A stretch of DNA of 49,314 bases from Nemertoderma westbladi. Its lineage: Eukaryota > Animalia > Xenacoelomorpha. The stretch is taken from positions 1 to 49,314 of the forward strand of contig JAUCBJ010006572.1 of NCBI GenBank assembly GCA_032718475.1, given 5' to 3'. Shown one piece after another: positions 46,681-49,314 of this stretch; position 1 is the first letter of the stretch, and every line of letters begins with the position of its first letter. The notes under the pieces are model-generated. The model saw nothing but the letters and a program-made list of their open reading frames with translations, made no database searches and had not been told where the DNA came from. Both the position numbers and the translations under genes were made by a program.

Positions 46681-47289
46681 TTAGAATACCTGACTGCCTG
46701 ACCCGACCATGTGACCTGTGACCTGACATATGACCTGACTGTATGTCTGTAACATGAATAACTATTAACTCAAACCCAAGCGTTTATTTTTTAAGGTAAA
46801 ACTCATTCTAAATTTGGATTTCCCACACTAGAAGTTTGACTGTATTCCTATTGACCAATGCTAATGCAGTGCAGAGAGCAAACCAGAAGTATCAATTAAT
46901 TGCCATTACCGGTAATCAAAAAAGCCGTATATTCGAATTCGATACGATAATCATCTGAAGTACATTAGGCCACGTAGGTAAGTTAAGTAAAAGTAAGCAT
47001 TTTAGCGTGAAGGAGATCGGCTATAAATTCAATACAATTTCATTAATTGTCTATTGTAGGCCCTATAACCATTATTGTACCTGTACGTACTGCCGTATCA
47101 CCATCACGAATATAGGGATGTAGGGAATATAGGAATATAGCAATAAGGGAATATAGGAATGCACGAATACTGTATACAGATATAGGGGACCCTATAGGTC
47201 TAAGCGATCATTTTATAGTTTTTTACACAAGAAAGACACAAAAATCTTTTTTCGGGGATCATAAAACAGTAACAGTTAGGTCTATGAAA

Positions 47290-49296
47290 AATTACAGCAA
47301 GGAACGCTTTTTAAGTTTGTTAGTTAATTCTGACTGGGAACCCTGTTTTAAGGCCGCTGACATTAACCTTGCGTACACTGTTTTTAAAGATATATTTATA
47401 AAGGCACTTAATACTGTAGCACCAATTAAATAAATTAGTCTTAAACAACGCACTGAGCCCTGAATGACCTCGGGTATTCTTAGTAATATCATATAGAAAG
47501 AGATAACTATTTGTATGTGTATTTGTATAGGAAATACCGTGTTTTAGCTGATTATAATAATTACTACAAATATAGAAACCTTGTCCAACGGGAAATAAAA
47601 AAAGCTAAATCTGAATATTTGTACAACAAAATAAGTGAGAATAAAGATAATCAATCCTAAAAGTCTATCGTCTACCCTAAAAGGTTTTTATAACCTAAAG
47701 ATTTTACTAAAATCTTTAGGTTATAAAAACCTTTTAGGGTAGACCATTTTAAGGTCTACCCTTTAAGGCAATTTAAGGTTTTTATAACCTAAAGATTTTA
47801 CTAAAATCTTTAGGTTATAAAAACCTTAAATCTAAATCGAATATTGTTCTGCAAGATAACGGTGAGCTGATTCATGATCATACTCTAGTTAGTAATTTAT
47901 TTAATAATTATTTTACTAATGTTGCCTCTAATTTAGTTAAGAAGTTACCGTTATCAAGTAATAAATATAGTATAGGGTCCGAAACTCGAAATAATTTTTA
48001 TTTAGAAAAGTTACAAAATTCAGAAAAGTTATTTTTAAAACCCGTTTCTGAGGATTTCGTCTAGACCTAATACCTGCCCGTTTTCTTAAGGATGGTGCTG
48101 AAGTACTTAAAGTGCCTATTACTTTTATTATTAATTACTCTATCGTATATAATGTAGTACCAGACGAACTGAAATTAGCTAGGGTTGTTCCTCTGTATAA
48201 AAAGAATACATAGTAAAGTAGAACCCTGTAATTACAGACCTGTTAGTATCTTAAGTATTGTATCTAAAATTCTAGAACGTTCTGTTTTTTTCTACAGCTG
48301 GAAGCACATCTTAGTAGGCTAAATCTGATCTATGAACTTCAGTCCGGTTTTCGTAAATCATATTCTACAGACACCTGCCTTATTAACTTAACTGATACAA
48401 TTAGATGTAATAACGCAAAGGGTTTATATACTGGTATGGTAATGTTGGACCTACAAACAGACAAAAGGCTTTCGATACTGTAGATCACGAAATTCTGCTT
48501 GGTAAGTTAGGCCTGATGGGTGTAGGTTCTATAGACTGGTTCAAGTCCTACCTGTCAGACAGAGGTCAAACTGTAGTCATTAGCAAATCGCAGTCTACTG
48601 TACAAGAGATTACCTGTGGTGTACCGCAAGGTAGTATATTAGGTCCTCTGCTTTTTGTATGCTATGTAAATGATATGATAAGTAGTATAGATCCCGATTT
48701 TAAACTCATTTTATATGCCGACGACAGTGCTCTTATTTTCTCTCATAAAGATCCTATCCATATTTCCCAAAAGTTAAGTGCAGTTCTAGAATCCTGTAAT
48801 GAGTGGTTGGTTGATAATAAGCTATCCATTCACTACGGTAAGACTTAAAGTATTTTGTTTGGTTCCAAAAGAAAGTTAAAGAAGGTAACTAAGTTTGAAG
48901 TCATTAGTAATGGACATAAGATTGAAAATAAAAAGGAAGTTAAATATTTAGGCGACACATTGGATAACTGCTTATCAGGAGAAAGTACAGTGAAAAACAT
49001 TTTCTTGAAAGTTAACAGTAGGCTTAGGTTTCTATACAGAAATAAAAATAGTTTAAACACCGACTCCCGCAAGTTACTTTGCTCTTCTTTAATACAGTGT
49101 CACATGGACTATGCATGCATGCCCTTCTTGGTATGAAGGCTTAACCAAACAGCTTAAATGTAAATTACAAGTAGCTCAGAATAAAGTAGTACGATTTATT
49201 AACGACTACAAACCTAGGCACCACCTAACTCCAGATGACTTTTCTGAATCTGGACTACTTAACTTAGATAGTAGAGTTAAGCAGCTACGCCTTAAC
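47290..49296 (+). mobile_element. Decayed CR1/L2-group LINE RT region
   Basis: [46 protein letters not shown] in broken frames. Confidence 0.9.
47670..47831. repeat. Two perfect fold-back palindromes (37-bp and 30-bp arms, 1-nt spacer)
   Basis: 47670-47744 centred on C47707 and 47771-47831 centred on C47801. Confidence 0.95.
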
Positions 49297-49314
49297 CCTC
49301 CCTATTACCACTGG

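Overview
AT-rich metazoan genomic DNA, not prokaryotic, and dominated by transposable elements. Two diverged BEL/Pao LTR retrotransposons of one family are present. Copy 1 (+ strand, 1-7738) is internally deleted and runs off the window start. Copy 2 (- strand, 26101-42066) is structurally complete, with ~1.18-kb LTRs and an ACTTT target duplication, and sits inside a ~268-bp tandem repeat. Both carry, between pol and the 3' LTR, a structured non-coding spacer and remnants of a large extra ORF that is not env-like (three Cys/His knuckles, basic NLS-like tail). The two copies preserve complementary parts of this ORF. Other elements: a Penelope-like element (RT + GIY-YIG, degenerate hammerhead motif) interrupted by a young 5'-truncated RTE-type LINE with a 13-bp TSD; a hAT-like DNA transposon with an intact ~1050-aa transposase; a second decayed RTE-type LINE; a decayed CR1/L2-group LINE; tRNA-derived SINE remnants; minisatellites; and perfect fold-back palindromes. 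Host genes: an eyes absent (eya) ortholog with two visible coding exons (- strand) and a probable GPI-anchored Cys-rich Ly6/uPAR-like gene. All calls come from reading the sequence and recognising motifs; no database search was run.
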